Source: a virus (Duplodnaviria > Caudoviricetes). Taken from it: a DNA stretch of 33,250 nt. A program made the position numbers and the translations under genes. This document shows, piece by piece, positions 7,868-16,898 of the stretch. The stretch lies in the IMG/VR virus record IMGVR_UViG_3300037524_001229, positions 1 to 33,250 of that record; one strand, 5' to 3'. Each line of letters starts with the position of its first letter. Position 1 is the first letter of the stretch. Below the pieces are notes generated by a model. The model was not told the origin of the DNA. It made no database searches and saw nothing but the letters and a program-made list of their open reading frames with translations.

Positions 7868-8721
7868 TCAGGGTGTTGGCGGTTGCTCCCAGGATTGCAT
7901 CGTACCCGGCGCTGGCGACGGATGAGGAGCTGGCGCGCGTGGGCGATGTGCCAGGTGTGCAGCTGCGGTCGCTGACGCAGGTGACGCGGCAGCGGATGAT
8001 TGATCGGCTGAGCCGGGAGCGATTTGACGTGCTGCTGTGGATCGGTCACGGCGGGCCGGGTATGCTGGCGGTGGATGGCCAGGAGACGGTCGATCCGCAC
8101 TGGCTGGCCAGCCAGTTGGCCAATTATGGCGTTGGCACGGCGATTGTGGCGACGTGCGAGTCGATCCAGCGGCCAGAGTCGACGCATCTGTCGTATGGGT
8201 TTGCGGATGTGCTGCCGGCCTATGGCATCGACACGATAACGATGGCCACGGCGGTGGCGGATCGGGCGGCGCTGGAGTATGACGTGGCGCTGTTGCAGGC
8301 GCTGGCCAGCGGCTCGCCGCTCCGGCAGGCGCACGCGGTAGGTGTCGCGGCGGCGGCGCAGGCGGGCGGCAGCCAGGCGCCGATGCTGACGCCGAGAGAC
8401 GGCAAGCGGAAGGACAACGGGCACATGGACGGCAGCGGTGGCTCGGCGGCGGATTATCGGCTGAGCAATACGGAGCGGATGCTCCAGCAGGCGGACGGGA
8501 AATTGGATCGTATGAGCGAGCAACTCTCTGATCATTCGTCGCGGCTACGGGTGCTCGAAGATCGCATGAGCGCACTGTCCACGAAGGTGGATCATTTGAG
8601 CGGCCAGATCGACCATCTGAGGTCGGCTCCTGGGTATAGCCGGGTGGCGTTGGCGGTTGGCTCGCTGGTGATGGTGGTCATGTTGCTGCTGTTGCTGTTC
8701 GTGACCTGGAGGCTGGTGTGA
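7864..8721 (+). CDS. CHAT (caspase-HetF)-like domain, coiled coil and C-terminal TM helix
   Basis: FDVLLWIGHG and AIVATCES match the CHAT His/Cys dyad motifs; heptad repeat LDRMSEQLSDHSSRLRVLE; C-terminal hydrophobic helix. Confidence 0.7.
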   Translation: MIRVLAVAPRIASYPALATDEELARVGDVPGVQLRSLTQVTRQRMIDRLSRERFDVLLWIGHGGPGMLAVDGQETVDPHWLASQLANYGVGTAIVATCESIQRPESTHLSYGFADVLPAYGIDTITMATAVADRAALEYDVALLQALASGSPLRQAHAVGVAAAAQAGGSQAPMLTPRDGKRKDNGHMDGSGGSAADYRLSNTERMLQQADGKLDRMSEQLSDHSSRLRVLEDRMSALSTKVDHLSGQIDHLRSAPGYSRVALAVGSLVMVVMLLLLLFVTWRLV

Positions 8722-9026
8722 TGGAGTTTTGGACGACGGTCAGGTTCAGCCTGTACCCGGTGATGCTGGTGGGCGGCGTGGTCTGGGCGGTGCTGATGCT
8801 GCGCCATTATCGCTGCCAGCGGTGTGCTGAGGCGGCGTGGTCGTTTTGGCTGGCGTTGGCGGTGGCTGTGCAGGGCGCGAGCGGGTTCGCTGCGCTGCTG
8901 ATCTCCAACGTGATCGGGTTCGGTGCGCTGTCGAGTGCGGTGTTTACGGTTGGGCCGCTGGCGGTGGCGCTGGTGGTGACGACGGGTGCTGTGATGCTGG
9001 TGGCATCGGCCTGGAGACGTAGCTGA
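8721..9026 (+). CDS. Three-TM membrane protein, 101 aa
   Basis: Three hydrophobic segments; TGATG coupling at both ends. Confidence 0.75.
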   Translation: MEFWTTVRFSLYPVMLVGGVVWAVLMLRHYRCQRCAEAAWSFWLALAVAVQGASGFAALLISNVIGFGALSSAVFTVGPLAVALVVTTGAVMLVASAWRRS

Positions 9027-9196
9027 TGGACGTGGATCTGGTGGACGGCATGATCATGTTGGGTCTGGTGCTGCTGGGCGTGGGCCTGGGCGCGTATGAC
9101 TGGCGGCTGGCGCTGGTGGTGTGCGGCGCGCTGCTGTTTGTGCTGGGAGTGGTGACGGGTTGGCGGCGCGCGGCGGGCCCGGAGTCGAACGGATAG
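9026..9196 (+). CDS. Small two-TM pre-portal protein, 56 aa (not in ORF track)
   Basis: Manual translation MDVDLVDGMIMLGLVLLGVGLGAYDWRLALVVCGALLFVLGVVTGWRRAAGPESNG; usual position just before HK97-type portals. Confidence 0.75.
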   Translation: MDVDLVDGMIMLGLVLLGVGLGAYDWRLALVVCGALLFVLGVVTGWRRAAGPESNG

Positions 9197-9228
9197 GATG
9201 GATTGGACGGATAGGACGGATAGGACGG
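9187..9228 (+). repeat. Tandem 9-bp GGACGGRTH repeat cluster (first of about 17)
   Basis: GAACGGATA GGATGGATT GGACGGATA GGACGGATA GGACGG. Confidence 0.9.
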
Positions 9229-9235
9229 TGCGGCG

Positions 9236-11299
9236 ATGGGCGTGATGACACGATTGCTGGCACGGCCACGGCCGGAGCAGGATAGTGAGCGGCGGTCGCT
9301 GACGACTGGGCAGCTGGTGGAGCTGCTGACGGCTGGCGCGCCATCGGCCGCCGGCGTGAGCGTGACGCCGGAGAACAGCCTGCGCTACACGGCGGTGCTG
9401 GCGTGCGTGCGCGTGCTGGCGGAGGGTGTGGCCAGCCTGCCGTGCATCCTCTACGAGCGGCAGCGGGATGGCGGGAAAACCCGGGCGACGGCCCATCGGC
9501 TTTATAGTTTGCTGCACGACGCGCCGAATCCGGTGCAGACGGCGTTTGAGTTCTACGAGATCGGCATGGCCCAGGCGCTGCTGTGGGGCAACTTCTACGC
9601 CGAGATCGACTGGGATCAGCGCGGCCAGGTCCGGGGTCTGTGGCCGCTGCCAGCGTGGCGCATGACGCCGCTGTGGAATCGGGGCGGGAAGGTGTACGAG
9701 CTGCGGGACGAGTTCGGGAAGCCGGACTACCTGGCCGACTACCAGGTGCTGCATGTGCCCGGCTTTGGCTTCGATGGCACGGCGGGCAGGTCGATGATCA
9801 CCCTGGCCAGGGAAGCGGTGGCGCTGGGCATTGCGGCGCAGCAGTTCGGGTCGGCGTTTTTCGGCAACGGCGCGCGGCCGGGGGTGGTGCTGGAGCATCC
9901 TGGCCAGCTGAGCGACGAGGCGTTCGGCCACATTACCAGCAGCTGGAACGCGCAGCACCAGGGGCTGAGCAATGCCCACCGCGTGGCGATCCTGGAGGAG
10001 GGGATGAAACTGCAAACGCTGGGAGTGCCGCCGGAGGATGCGCAGTTCCTAGAGACGCGGCAGTTCCAGCGGTCGGAGATCGCAGCCATTTTCCGGGTGC
10101 CGCCGCACATGATCGGCGACCTGGAGCGGGCGACGTTCTCCAACATCGAGCAGCAGAGCCAGGACTTTTTGACCAACACGCTCCAGCCGTGGCTGCGGCG
10201 CTGGGAGCAGCGGCTGGCCAGGTCGCTGCTGATCGGCGCGGAGCGGCAGCAGTATTTTGCCGAATACCTGGTGGATGCGCTGCTGCGCGGTGACACGGCG
10301 ACCAGGTATGCGGCTTATGCTGTCGGCCGGCAGTGGGGGTGGCTGTCGGTCAATGATGTGCGTAGCCGCGAGAACATGAACCCGGTGGATGGCGGGGATC
10401 AGTACCTGGTGCCGATGAACATGACGCCGGCGGACGAGTTGGACGGATTGGACGAGGCGGACGGATCGGCGGCTGGGGCGCGGGATGTTCGCGCGCGAAC
10501 GTTGGACGCGGCTGAGGAGCGGGCGGCGCGGGATCGGCGGACGGTGGATGGACGCCGACGGCTGGCGCGCACGTATCGGCCTACGCTGCGGCACATGGCG
10601 CAGCGGATTGTGAATCGGGAGGTCAACGATCTGCGCCAGGCTGCGCGGCGGTATTTGCCGGGCGATGTGGCGCGGTTCCGCATGTGGCTGGGCGATTTCG
10701 ACGCCAAGCATTCGCAGTTCGTGGGCGAGTACATGGACGCGCCGGTCCGGGCGTATTTGGGCCTGGTGGCTGAACAGGTAGAGCGCGAGCTCGACCAGGC
10801 TGTGACGACGGAGATGTTGGAGCAGTTCGGCACAGACTACGTGGCCGGGCGGCGCAACCGGTGGATGGCGAATTTGATCCGGGGTGTGGAGAGCATCCTG
10901 GATGGCCAGCGGGCCGGCTCGGTCGGAGACCGGCCAGAGCAGACGCAGGGCGAGACGCGCGAGGAGCCAGACGTTCTGGCCGACATGGAGTCGTGGCTGG
11001 ACGAGCGCCAGGAGACCGAGGCCGACGATTATGCGGAGGATGAGAGCAATACGGCATCCAACGCGGCGGCGGTGGCGCTTTACCTGCTGCTGGGTGTGGC
11101 TGCTAAACGCTGGCTGGCGTTCGGCGAGAGCTGCGAGTATTGCCAGGCGCTGGATGGCCGCACGGTGGCCACGGCGACGTGGTTCCTGGACCCGGATAAT
11201 CCGCTGAGCGTGGCCAGCGGGCCAGTGTGGGTGCCCAGCGGGCCGGTGGGCCATGCGCCGCTGCATAACGGCTGCGATTGTATGATCGTGGCTGGATGA
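9236..11299 (+). CDS. HK97-family portal fused to a C-terminal MuF/SPP1 gp7-like domain
   Basis: AVLACVRVLAE, LLWGNFY, FFGNGARPG, DAQFLETR, FSNIEQQ; extra C-terminal region of about 290 aa ending KRW...CEYCQALDG...PLHNGCDC. Confidence 0.93.
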   Translation: MGVMTRLLARPRPEQDSERRSLTTGQLVELLTAGAPSAAGVSVTPENSLRYTAVLACVRVLAEGVASLPCILYERQRDGGKTRATAHRLYSLLHDAPNPVQTAFEFYEIGMAQALLWGNFYAEIDWDQRGQVRGLWPLPAWRMTPLWNRGGKVYELRDEFGKPDYLADYQVLHVPGFGFDGTAGRSMITLAREAVALGIAAQQFGSAFFGNGARPGVVLEHPGQLSDEAFGHITSSWNAQHQGLSNAHRVAILEEGMKLQTLGVPPEDAQFLETRQFQRSEIAAIFRVPPHMIGDLERATFSNIEQQSQDFLTNTLQPWLRRWEQRLARSLLIGAERQQYFAEYLVDALLRGDTATRYAAYAVGRQWGWLSVNDVRSRENMNPVDGGDQYLVPMNMTPADELDGLDEADGSAAGARDVRARTLDAAEERAARDRRTVDGRRRLARTYRPTLRHMAQRIVNREVNDLRQAARRYLPGDVARFRMWLGDFDAKHSQFVGEYMDAPVRAYLGLVAEQVERELDQAVTTEMLEQFGTDYVAGRRNRWMANLIRGVESILDGQRAGSVGDRPEQTQGETREEPDVLADMESWLDERQETEADDYAEDESNTASNAAAVALYLLLGVAAKRWLAFGESCEYCQALDGRTVATATWFLDPDNPLSVASGPVWVPSGPVGHAPLHNGCDCMIVAG

Positions 11300-11325
11300 T
11301 TGGATTGATCGGAGGTATCGGACGA

Positions 11326-11937
11326 ATGAACGGTGAGCGTGAGGTGCGAGTGATGACGCAGGCGCTGGAGCTGCGGGAGGATGGCGAGGGCCGTCCGTTG
11401 ATCGCGGGGTATGCGGCTGTGTTCAACGAGTGGTCGGTCGATCTGGGCGGGTTTGTGGAGCGCATCCAGCCGGGGTTCTTTCAGCCGGTGCTGGAGGGCG
11501 ATGTGCGCGCGCTGTGGCAGCATGACAGCAGCTATGTGCTGGGGCGCACAACGAACGGGACGCTGCGGCTGCGCGAGGATGAGCGCGGGCTGGCTATCGA
11601 GATCACGCCGCCGGAGACGAGCTGGGCCAGCGATGCGCTGGTGAGCTTGCGGCGCGGCGATGTCTCCCAGATGTCGTTTGCTTTTACGGTGGCAGAGGAT
11701 CGCTGGGAGCCAGCGGAGGCAGGGCCGGCCAGGCGGACGTTGATCCGGGCGCGGGAGCTGTACGAGGTTTCCCCGGTGACGTTTGCGGCCTACCCCCAAA
11801 CGAGTGTGAGTGCCCGGCAGCGGGCCGCCGACCTGCGGGCGCAGGCGGATGGCCAGGCCGGTGACGATATGGCGGAGGAGCTGACGCGGGCGCGGGATGC
11901 TCTGAGGCTGCGGGTTGGTGTGAGACAGCGGGTCTGA
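11326..11937 (+). CDS. HK97-family prohead protease
   Basis: IAGYAAVFN, ALWQHD, LGRT, MSFAF, LYEVSPVTFAAY; RBS GGAGG. Confidence 0.96.
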   Translation: MNGEREVRVMTQALELREDGEGRPLIAGYAAVFNEWSVDLGGFVERIQPGFFQPVLEGDVRALWQHDSSYVLGRTTNGTLRLREDERGLAIEITPPETSWASDALVSLRRGDVSQMSFAFTVAEDRWEPAEAGPARRTLIRARELYEVSPVTFAAYPQTSVSARQRAADLRAQADGQAGDDMAEELTRARDALRLRVGVRQRV

Positions 11938-11980
11938 CCTGTAGGACGGGTTGGACTATTCTGAACGAGGTGAAACTACC

Positions 11981-13120
11981 ATGAGCAAGGTGATTGAGAT
12001 GCGCCGGCAGCGGGCTGAACTGCTGGACCAGGCGCGTACGTTGGCGGATGGGGAGCTGACCGAGGAGACGCGCGCCCAGGCGGATGCGAAGATCGCTCAG
12101 GCGGACCAGCTCCAGAAGGACATCGAGCGCGAGGAGCGTCTCCAGGCGATGATCACCAGCAAGGTGGCGCCCAAACACAACAAGCTGCCGCTGGGTGACG
12201 ACGAGGAGCGGGCGTTCGAGCACTGGATTCGCACGGGTGACGACGGCGGCATCCGGGAGCTGCGCGCGTCGAATGCCACGGATATGAACATCGGGACGGC
12301 GGCGGATGGCCAGTACCTGGTGCCGACGGCTCACTACCAGGGCATCATCGCGCGGCGCGATGAGATGGCGCTGTCTCCTCGGATCGGCGTGCAGCAGTTC
12401 GTCGGCAAGGGGACAAGCATCAACGTTCCTGTGGACAACGAGGCCGATGGCGAGTTCGTGGTCACGACCGAGGTTAACGACTTCGACCTGGACGCGCCGG
12501 CGACGGATCGGGTGACGCTGACCAAGCTGCTGTACAGCAAAACGATCCATTTGAGCTATCAGTTGCTGCAAGATGAAGACAGCAACCTGATGGAGTTCCT
12601 GACCGACTTCGTGGGTCGCGGCCTGGCCAAGACGCACAACAGCCTGCTGATCACGGAGGCGCTGGCCAACGGCTCGGCGAGCCTGACGCTGGACGCGGCC
12701 GCGGCCATCGGCGTGACGGAAATTCCGGAGTTGGTGTACAAGCAGGCCGGGGAGTACGCGGAGGGTTCGGTGTGGTTGATGAAGCGCGCGACCGAGGGGT
12801 ACATCCGCGGTCTGTCCAGCGCCAACTCGTTCGTGTTCAATCCCAATCCGGCGGGCAGCGATCGCGCCGCGCGGCCGGAGATCTGGGGCTTCCCGGTGTA
12901 TAACACCGAGAAGATGGCCGCCATCGGCGGGACGTACAAGTCGTTGATTTTCGGCAACTTCGCCTTCATGGGGATGTACGAGGATCCGTCGCTGACGTTC
13001 CTGCGCGATCCCTACACGCTGAGCCGGAAGGGCCAGGTGCAGTTGCACTACTACTTCCGGGTGGACTACGGCGTGCTGCAGGCTGAGGCGATCCACTACG
13101 CGACGCATCCGAGCGCGTGA
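11981..13120 (+). CDS. Major capsid protein, HK97 family
   Basis: N-terminal coiled-coil delta domain, GQYLVPT, IWGFPV, IFGNF, RVDYGV; follows the protease. Confidence 0.95.
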   Translation: MSKVIEMRRQRAELLDQARTLADGELTEETRAQADAKIAQADQLQKDIEREERLQAMITSKVAPKHNKLPLGDDEERAFEHWIRTGDDGGIRELRASNATDMNIGTAADGQYLVPTAHYQGIIARRDEMALSPRIGVQQFVGKGTSINVPVDNEADGEFVVTTEVNDFDLDAPATDRVTLTKLLYSKTIHLSYQLLQDEDSNLMEFLTDFVGRGLAKTHNSLLITEALANGSASLTLDAAAAIGVTEIPELVYKQAGEYAEGSVWLMKRATEGYIRGLSSANSFVFNPNPAGSDRAARPEIWGFPVYNTEKMAAIGGTYKSLIFGNFAFMGMYEDPSLTFLRDPYTLSRKGQVQLHYYFRVDYGVLQAEAIHYATHPSA

Positions 13121-13123
13121 GGC

Positions 13124-13244
13124 TGACGGGTTGGACGGGTAGGACGGGTGGCCCTGGCCGGGTGACACAAGACTGGGATCTTCCAGGTGAGCGTGAGCTC
13201 CTAGCCCGGCCAGGGCCGGACGGATTGGACGGATTGGACGGATG
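13124..13244 (+). repeat. 13-bp inverted repeat flanked on both sides by three 9-bp units
   Basis: 9-mers at 13124-13150 and 13218-13244; GGCCCTGGCCGGG (13150-13162) pairs with CCCGGCCAGGGCC (13205-13217). Confidence 0.85.
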
Positions 13245-13910
13245 GAAACGAACGGCGTGCGTGATGTGATGGTGTTTTGTCCGGTATACCGGCTGGAGCC
13301 TGAGACGGTCCAGGCGCTGTGTGGGCTGCGCTGGGATGGACCGTTGACGGTGGTATGGCAGCGGGATAATCCGACGCGGACGGATGATGAGCGGGCCGAC
13401 GGCTGGCAGAATCATCTGCACCAGTACAAGCGCGGCTATGAGACGTTCATGGCCGGGCGCTATGATGCCATGCTGGTGATTGAGAGCGACATCATTCCGC
13501 CGGAGGATACGCTAGAGCGGCTGGCGGCGCTGCCGTGCGATGTGGCCTATGGGGTCTATGTGTTCAGACAGGGTACGGGCGACATCGTCAACATTCTGGA
13601 GCGCTATTACCCGTGGCCCAAACAGGCGCGTAATGTGGGCGAGTCGTTGTCGGCGCGTGGTCTGTGGGGCGCTGCGGTGAAGAAGGGTGTGATTGACTGC
13701 TCCGGGTCGGGGCTGGGCTGTGTGCTGATCCGCCGGCATGTGCTGGAGCAGGCGCCGTTTTCCGAGGCGCCGGGCGGCGGGTTCTTCGACTGGCATTGGA
13801 CGGCGACAATTTACACCCAGGGCTGGCGCATGATGGCGGACTGTAATCTGCATTGTGGCCATGTGACGCCGGGGCCAGACAGGAGGGTGCTGTGGCCGAG
13901 CCTTTCTTAG
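13242..13910 (+). CDS. Glycosyltransferase, GT-A fold (GT2-like)
   Basis: VMVFCPVY, YDAMLVIESDII (DxD-like), GLGCVLIRRHVLE, C-terminal CGH. Confidence 0.85.
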   Translation: METNGVRDVMVFCPVYRLEPETVQALCGLRWDGPLTVVWQRDNPTRTDDERADGWQNHLHQYKRGYETFMAGRYDAMLVIESDIIPPEDTLERLAALPCDVAYGVYVFRQGTGDIVNILERYYPWPKQARNVGESLSARGLWGAAVKKGVIDCSGSGLGCVLIRRHVLEQAPFSEAPGGGFFDWHWTATIYTQGWRMMADCNLHCGHVTPGPDRRVLWPSLS

Positions 13911-14449
13911 AGATTTTGACGCGGTGCTATCGGCGGCCGCGGATGCTGGCTGTCAACCAGGCGGCGCTGGCCAGGCAGACGGACTCAGACTGGCAGCAGA
14001 CTCTGCTGGTGGATGAGGTTGGCATTGGGATGACGGCGGCCAACGCGCGGCTGGCTGATGTGGCGCCGCACCTGGTCGGGCGCTACGTCTGGGCGCTGGA
14101 TGATGACGACGTGTGTGTCTGTGACACGCTGGTGGCCAACCTGAAGGAGATCTGCGAGGAGTTGCGCGGGCCTGAGCTGATCATCGTGCGAGTCGACCAT
14201 GGGCCTGATCTGGGTGTGCTGCCGCCGAACGAGTTATGGCGCGAGCAGCCGCAGGGTGCCAGGATCGGCGGGTCGGGCGTGATTGTGCGGCGCGATCTGT
14301 GGCAGCGGTGTGCGGATGGTTGGCGCAAGCCGGGTTACATGGCCGATTTTAATTTCGTGACGGCGTGCTACGACGAGGCGGCTGAGGTCGTCTGGTATGA
14401 CGTGGTAGCGGCCAGGGTGCAGCGGATTAGCCACGGGGCGCCGGAGTAG
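13892..14449 (+). CDS. Glycosyltransferase, GT-A fold (GT2-like)
   Basis: GTG start after AGGAGG; ILTRCYRRP, LARQT, GRYVWALDDDD, ADFNF. Confidence 0.85.
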   Translation: MAEPFLEILTRCYRRPRMLAVNQAALARQTDSDWQQTLLVDEVGIGMTAANARLADVAPHLVGRYVWALDDDDVCVCDTLVANLKEICEELRGPELIIVRVDHGPDLGVLPPNELWREQPQGARIGGSGVIVRRDLWQRCADGWRKPGYMADFNFVTACYDEAAEVVWYDVVAARVQRISHGAPE

Positions 14450-14472
14450 GGCGGATCGGAGGTATTGGACGG

Positions 14473-14652
14473 ATGAGGATACAGATGCTGACCAAGTGGA
14501 GCCCGGCTAAGGGAAAAATGTTGCAGGCTGGGCAGGTCGTGGACGATGTACCGGACGAGGTAGCCGCGGATTTGATCGAGCGCGGGCTGGCCAGGCCGGT
14601 GAAAACGCAGGCTGAACGGGCTGTGGGCCCGGGGCAGGTGACGCATGGGTGA
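14473..14652 (+). CDS. Small capsid-region protein, 59 aa (not in ORF track)
   Basis: Manual translation MRIQMLTKWSPAKGKMLQAGQVVDDVPDEVAADLIERGLARPV...; RBS GGAGG; this pattern is common just after capsid genes. Confidence 0.7.
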   Translation: MRIQMLTKWSPAKGKMLQAGQVVDDVPDEVAADLIERGLARPVKTQAERAVGPGQVTHG

Positions 14653-14842
14653 CGAGACTCTCGAGACGACGGGCGTGGTGGACAACGTGCTGCGCGGGCT
14701 GGCGCTGGAGTCGGTGCGCGCGCTGGTGATCAATATCGACGTGGCGCTGGCTGTCTTCGGGGCCCAGTTGCGCGACCTGCGCATCGACGACGACCTGCGC
14801 ATGGTGCGTAAGGTGCTGGACCGGGCAGCCGGGAAGGGTTGA
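14645..14842 (+). CDS. Hypothetical protein, 65 aa
   Basis: Fills the operon gap with typical codon usage. Confidence 0.6.
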   Translation: MGDETLETTGVVDNVLRGLALESVRALVINIDVALAVFGAQLRDLRIDDDLRMVRKVLDRAAGKG

Positions 14843-14844
14843 CG

Positions 14845-15090
14845 ATGCCGCTACAGATCGGCGAGATGACGATCATCGAGGCGTTCGAGGATGGCACGGG
14901 CTGGCGGCCGGCGATGGACGCGGCGCAGACAATTACGGGCGCCAACGGGCGCAGCGGGCCGTCGGTCAATACGCCGGTGGTGGCTGTGCTGAAACCGGGC
15001 GTGCGCGTGGTGCGGTTGGGCGTGGCTGACAACGGCATGGCGCCGGTAGCTGTACTGTGCTGGGTGTCGGCGGAGTTGTTGGAAGGATAG
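14845..15090 (+). CDS. Hypothetical protein, 81 aa
   Basis: Fills the operon gap with typical codon usage. Confidence 0.6.
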   Translation: MPLQIGEMTIIEAFEDGTGWRPAMDAAQTITGANGRSGPSVNTPVVAVLKPGVRVVRLGVADNGMAPVAVLCWVSAELLEG

Positions 15091-15101
15091 GACGGTGAGC
15101 T

Positions 15102-15692
15102 ATGGCGTTGATCTGTGTGACCGGGCCGGCTGTGGAGCCGGTGACATTGGCCGAGGCGCGAGATCACATGCGGGTTGACATCACGGATGATGACGTGCTG
15201 ATCGCCGGGCTGATCACGGCGGCGCGTGAGCATCTGGAGACGATCTGCCGGCCGCAGTTGGCGATGATCACGCAGACGTGGCGCTATGTGGCCGACGGCT
15301 GGCCGGCGAGTGATACGCTGGAGCTGCGGCCCTGGCCGTTGCAGTCGGTTACGTCGGTCGCCTACACGAGCGATGCGGGTGTGACGGCGACGTTTGCATC
15401 CAGCAATTATGTGGTGGATACCTACAGCAAGCCGGGCAGGCTGCGTCTGAAATCCACGGCCTCCTGGCCAGGTACTACGCTCCAGGTACTGAACGGCCTG
15501 GTGGTGGAGTTCGTGGCCGGGTACGGGAATACCAGCGCAGCGGTGCCGCAACGGCTGCGCCAGGCGTTGCTGCTGCTGGCTGCGCACTGGTATGAAAACC
15601 GGGAGCTGGCTGTGTTGACGGGTGCGATGCCGAAGCAACTGCCGTTTTCGGTCGATGCGCTGATGCAGCATTGGCGGCGTGAGGTGGCGTGA
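15102..15692 (+). CDS. Head-tail connector (gp6-like)
   Basis: PAVEPVTLAEARDHMRVD, AARE, VPQRLRQALLLLAAHWYENRE. Confidence 0.95.
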   Translation: MALICVTGPAVEPVTLAEARDHMRVDITDDDVLIAGLITAAREHLETICRPQLAMITQTWRYVADGWPASDTLELRPWPLQSVTSVAYTSDAGVTATFASSNYVVDTYSKPGRLRLKSTASWPGTTLQVLNGLVVEFVAGYGNTSAAVPQRLRQALLLLAAHWYENRELAVLTGAMPKQLPFSVDALMQHWRREVA

Positions 15693-16009
15693 TGCAGGCT
15701 GGCAAACTGCGGCATCGGGTGACGATCCAGGAGCCGGTGGTGGCTCGTAACGGGTTTAACGAGGCGATCACGACCTGGTCGACGGTGGCCACGGTGTGGG
15801 CCTCAGTGGAGCCGCTGTCGGGCCGGGAGTTTTTCGCGGCTGAGCATGTGCAGTCGGAGATCACCCATCGGGTGCGGCTGCGCTATCGGACTGGGATCGC
15901 GCCGACGATGCGGGTGCTGTTCAACGGCCGTTACCTGATGATCGAGGCTGTGATCAATTACGGTGAGCGCGGCACAGATTTGCAGTTGATGTGCCGGGAG
16001 ATGGCGTGA
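15692..16009 (+). CDS. Head closure/head-tail adaptor (SPP1 gp16-like)
   Basis: AGKLRHRVTIQ, VWASVEPLSGRE, RYRTGI. Confidence 0.95.
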   Translation: MQAGKLRHRVTIQEPVVARNGFNEAITTWSTVATVWASVEPLSGREFFAAEHVQSEITHRVRLRYRTGIAPTMRVLFNGRYLMIEAVINYGERGTDLQLMCREMA

Positions 16010-16021
16010 TGTGTTGGAGTC

Positions 16022-16057
16022 GGACGGGTTGGACGGGTTGGACTGGTAGGACGGTGA
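16022..16057 (+). repeat. Tandem 9-bp repeat cluster
   Basis: GGACGGGTT GGACGGGTT GGACTGGTA GGACGGTGA. Confidence 0.9.
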
Positions 16058-16060
16058 GCG

Positions 16061-16504
16061 ATGGCTGGTAGTAATGTGAGTGTGCGGCTGGAGGGCGGCG
16101 AGGAGCTGCTCGAGGCGCTGCGGGCGATGGACCTGAACGTCAAGGCCGAATTGCGCGCGGCGGTGTCAGCTGGCGCGGAGATCATCCGCGAGGCGGCCAA
16201 CGGGCTGGCGCCTGGGCCGCACATCAAGATGCGGGTGGCCAGGGCTACGGCCTCGGTGGTCGAAGTGGACATCGGGCCGGACGCGGAGCACTGGTACTAC
16301 CGGTTCCATGAGACGGGCGCGGCGCCGCACGAGATCAGAGGCAAGGCGTTGCTTGCCTTCGAGGGATCGAACGGCACGGTGGTAACACCCAGGGTCAGCC
16401 ATCCGGGCATGGGCGCCAGTCCCTTCCTACGGCCTGCGCATGATGCCAACGAGGGCGCGGCCACGACGGAGATCGGCGCCAAGCTGAGGTCGAAACTGCA
16501 ATGA
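16061..16504 (+). CDS. HK97 gp10-like tail completion protein
   Basis: LEGGEEL, WYYRFHETG, HPGMGASPFLRPA. Confidence 0.92.
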   Translation: MAGSNVSVRLEGGEELLEALRAMDLNVKAELRAAVSAGAEIIREAANGLAPGPHIKMRVARATASVVEVDIGPDAEHWYYRFHETGAAPHEIRGKALLAFEGSNGTVVTPRVSHPGMGASPFLRPAHDANEGAATTEIGAKLRSKLQ

Positions 16505-16884
16505 CACACATCGAGGAGACGCTGGTCACGCTGCTGCTGGCGGAGTCGACGCTGACTGACCTGGTGAGCGACCGCATCGAGCCGGTGGCCAACAGCCAGG
16601 ACACGACGCTGCCGGCGCTGTCGTATCAACTGATCAGCAGGCAGGCGGAGCACAGCCACGACGGGCCGGCCATGAGCCGGCCGCGCATCCAGTTGACGGC
16701 CATCGGCAAAACTTACACGCAGGTGGTCAACGTGCTGGCGGCGTGCAAGACGGCGCTGGACGGCGTCTCCTGGGGCGGCGGTGTGTCCTCGTTCTGCGAA
16801 AACGAGTTCGACGGCTATCAGGCGGACAGCCGGGAGACGGGCGTGTTTGTCCGGCGGATCGATGTGCTGGTGGTGGACCCGTAA
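16501..16884 (+). CDS. Tail terminator (DUF3168-like)
   Basis: LVSDRIEP, LPALSYQLIS, PRIQL, ALDG; position before the tail tube gene. Confidence 0.85.
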   Translation: MTHIEETLVTLLLAESTLTDLVSDRIEPVANSQDTTLPALSYQLISRQAEHSHDGPAMSRPRIQLTAIGKTYTQVVNVLAACKTALDGVSWGGGVSSFCENEFDGYQADSRETGVFVRRIDVLVVDP

Positions 16885-16898
16885 AAGGACGGTGAGTG

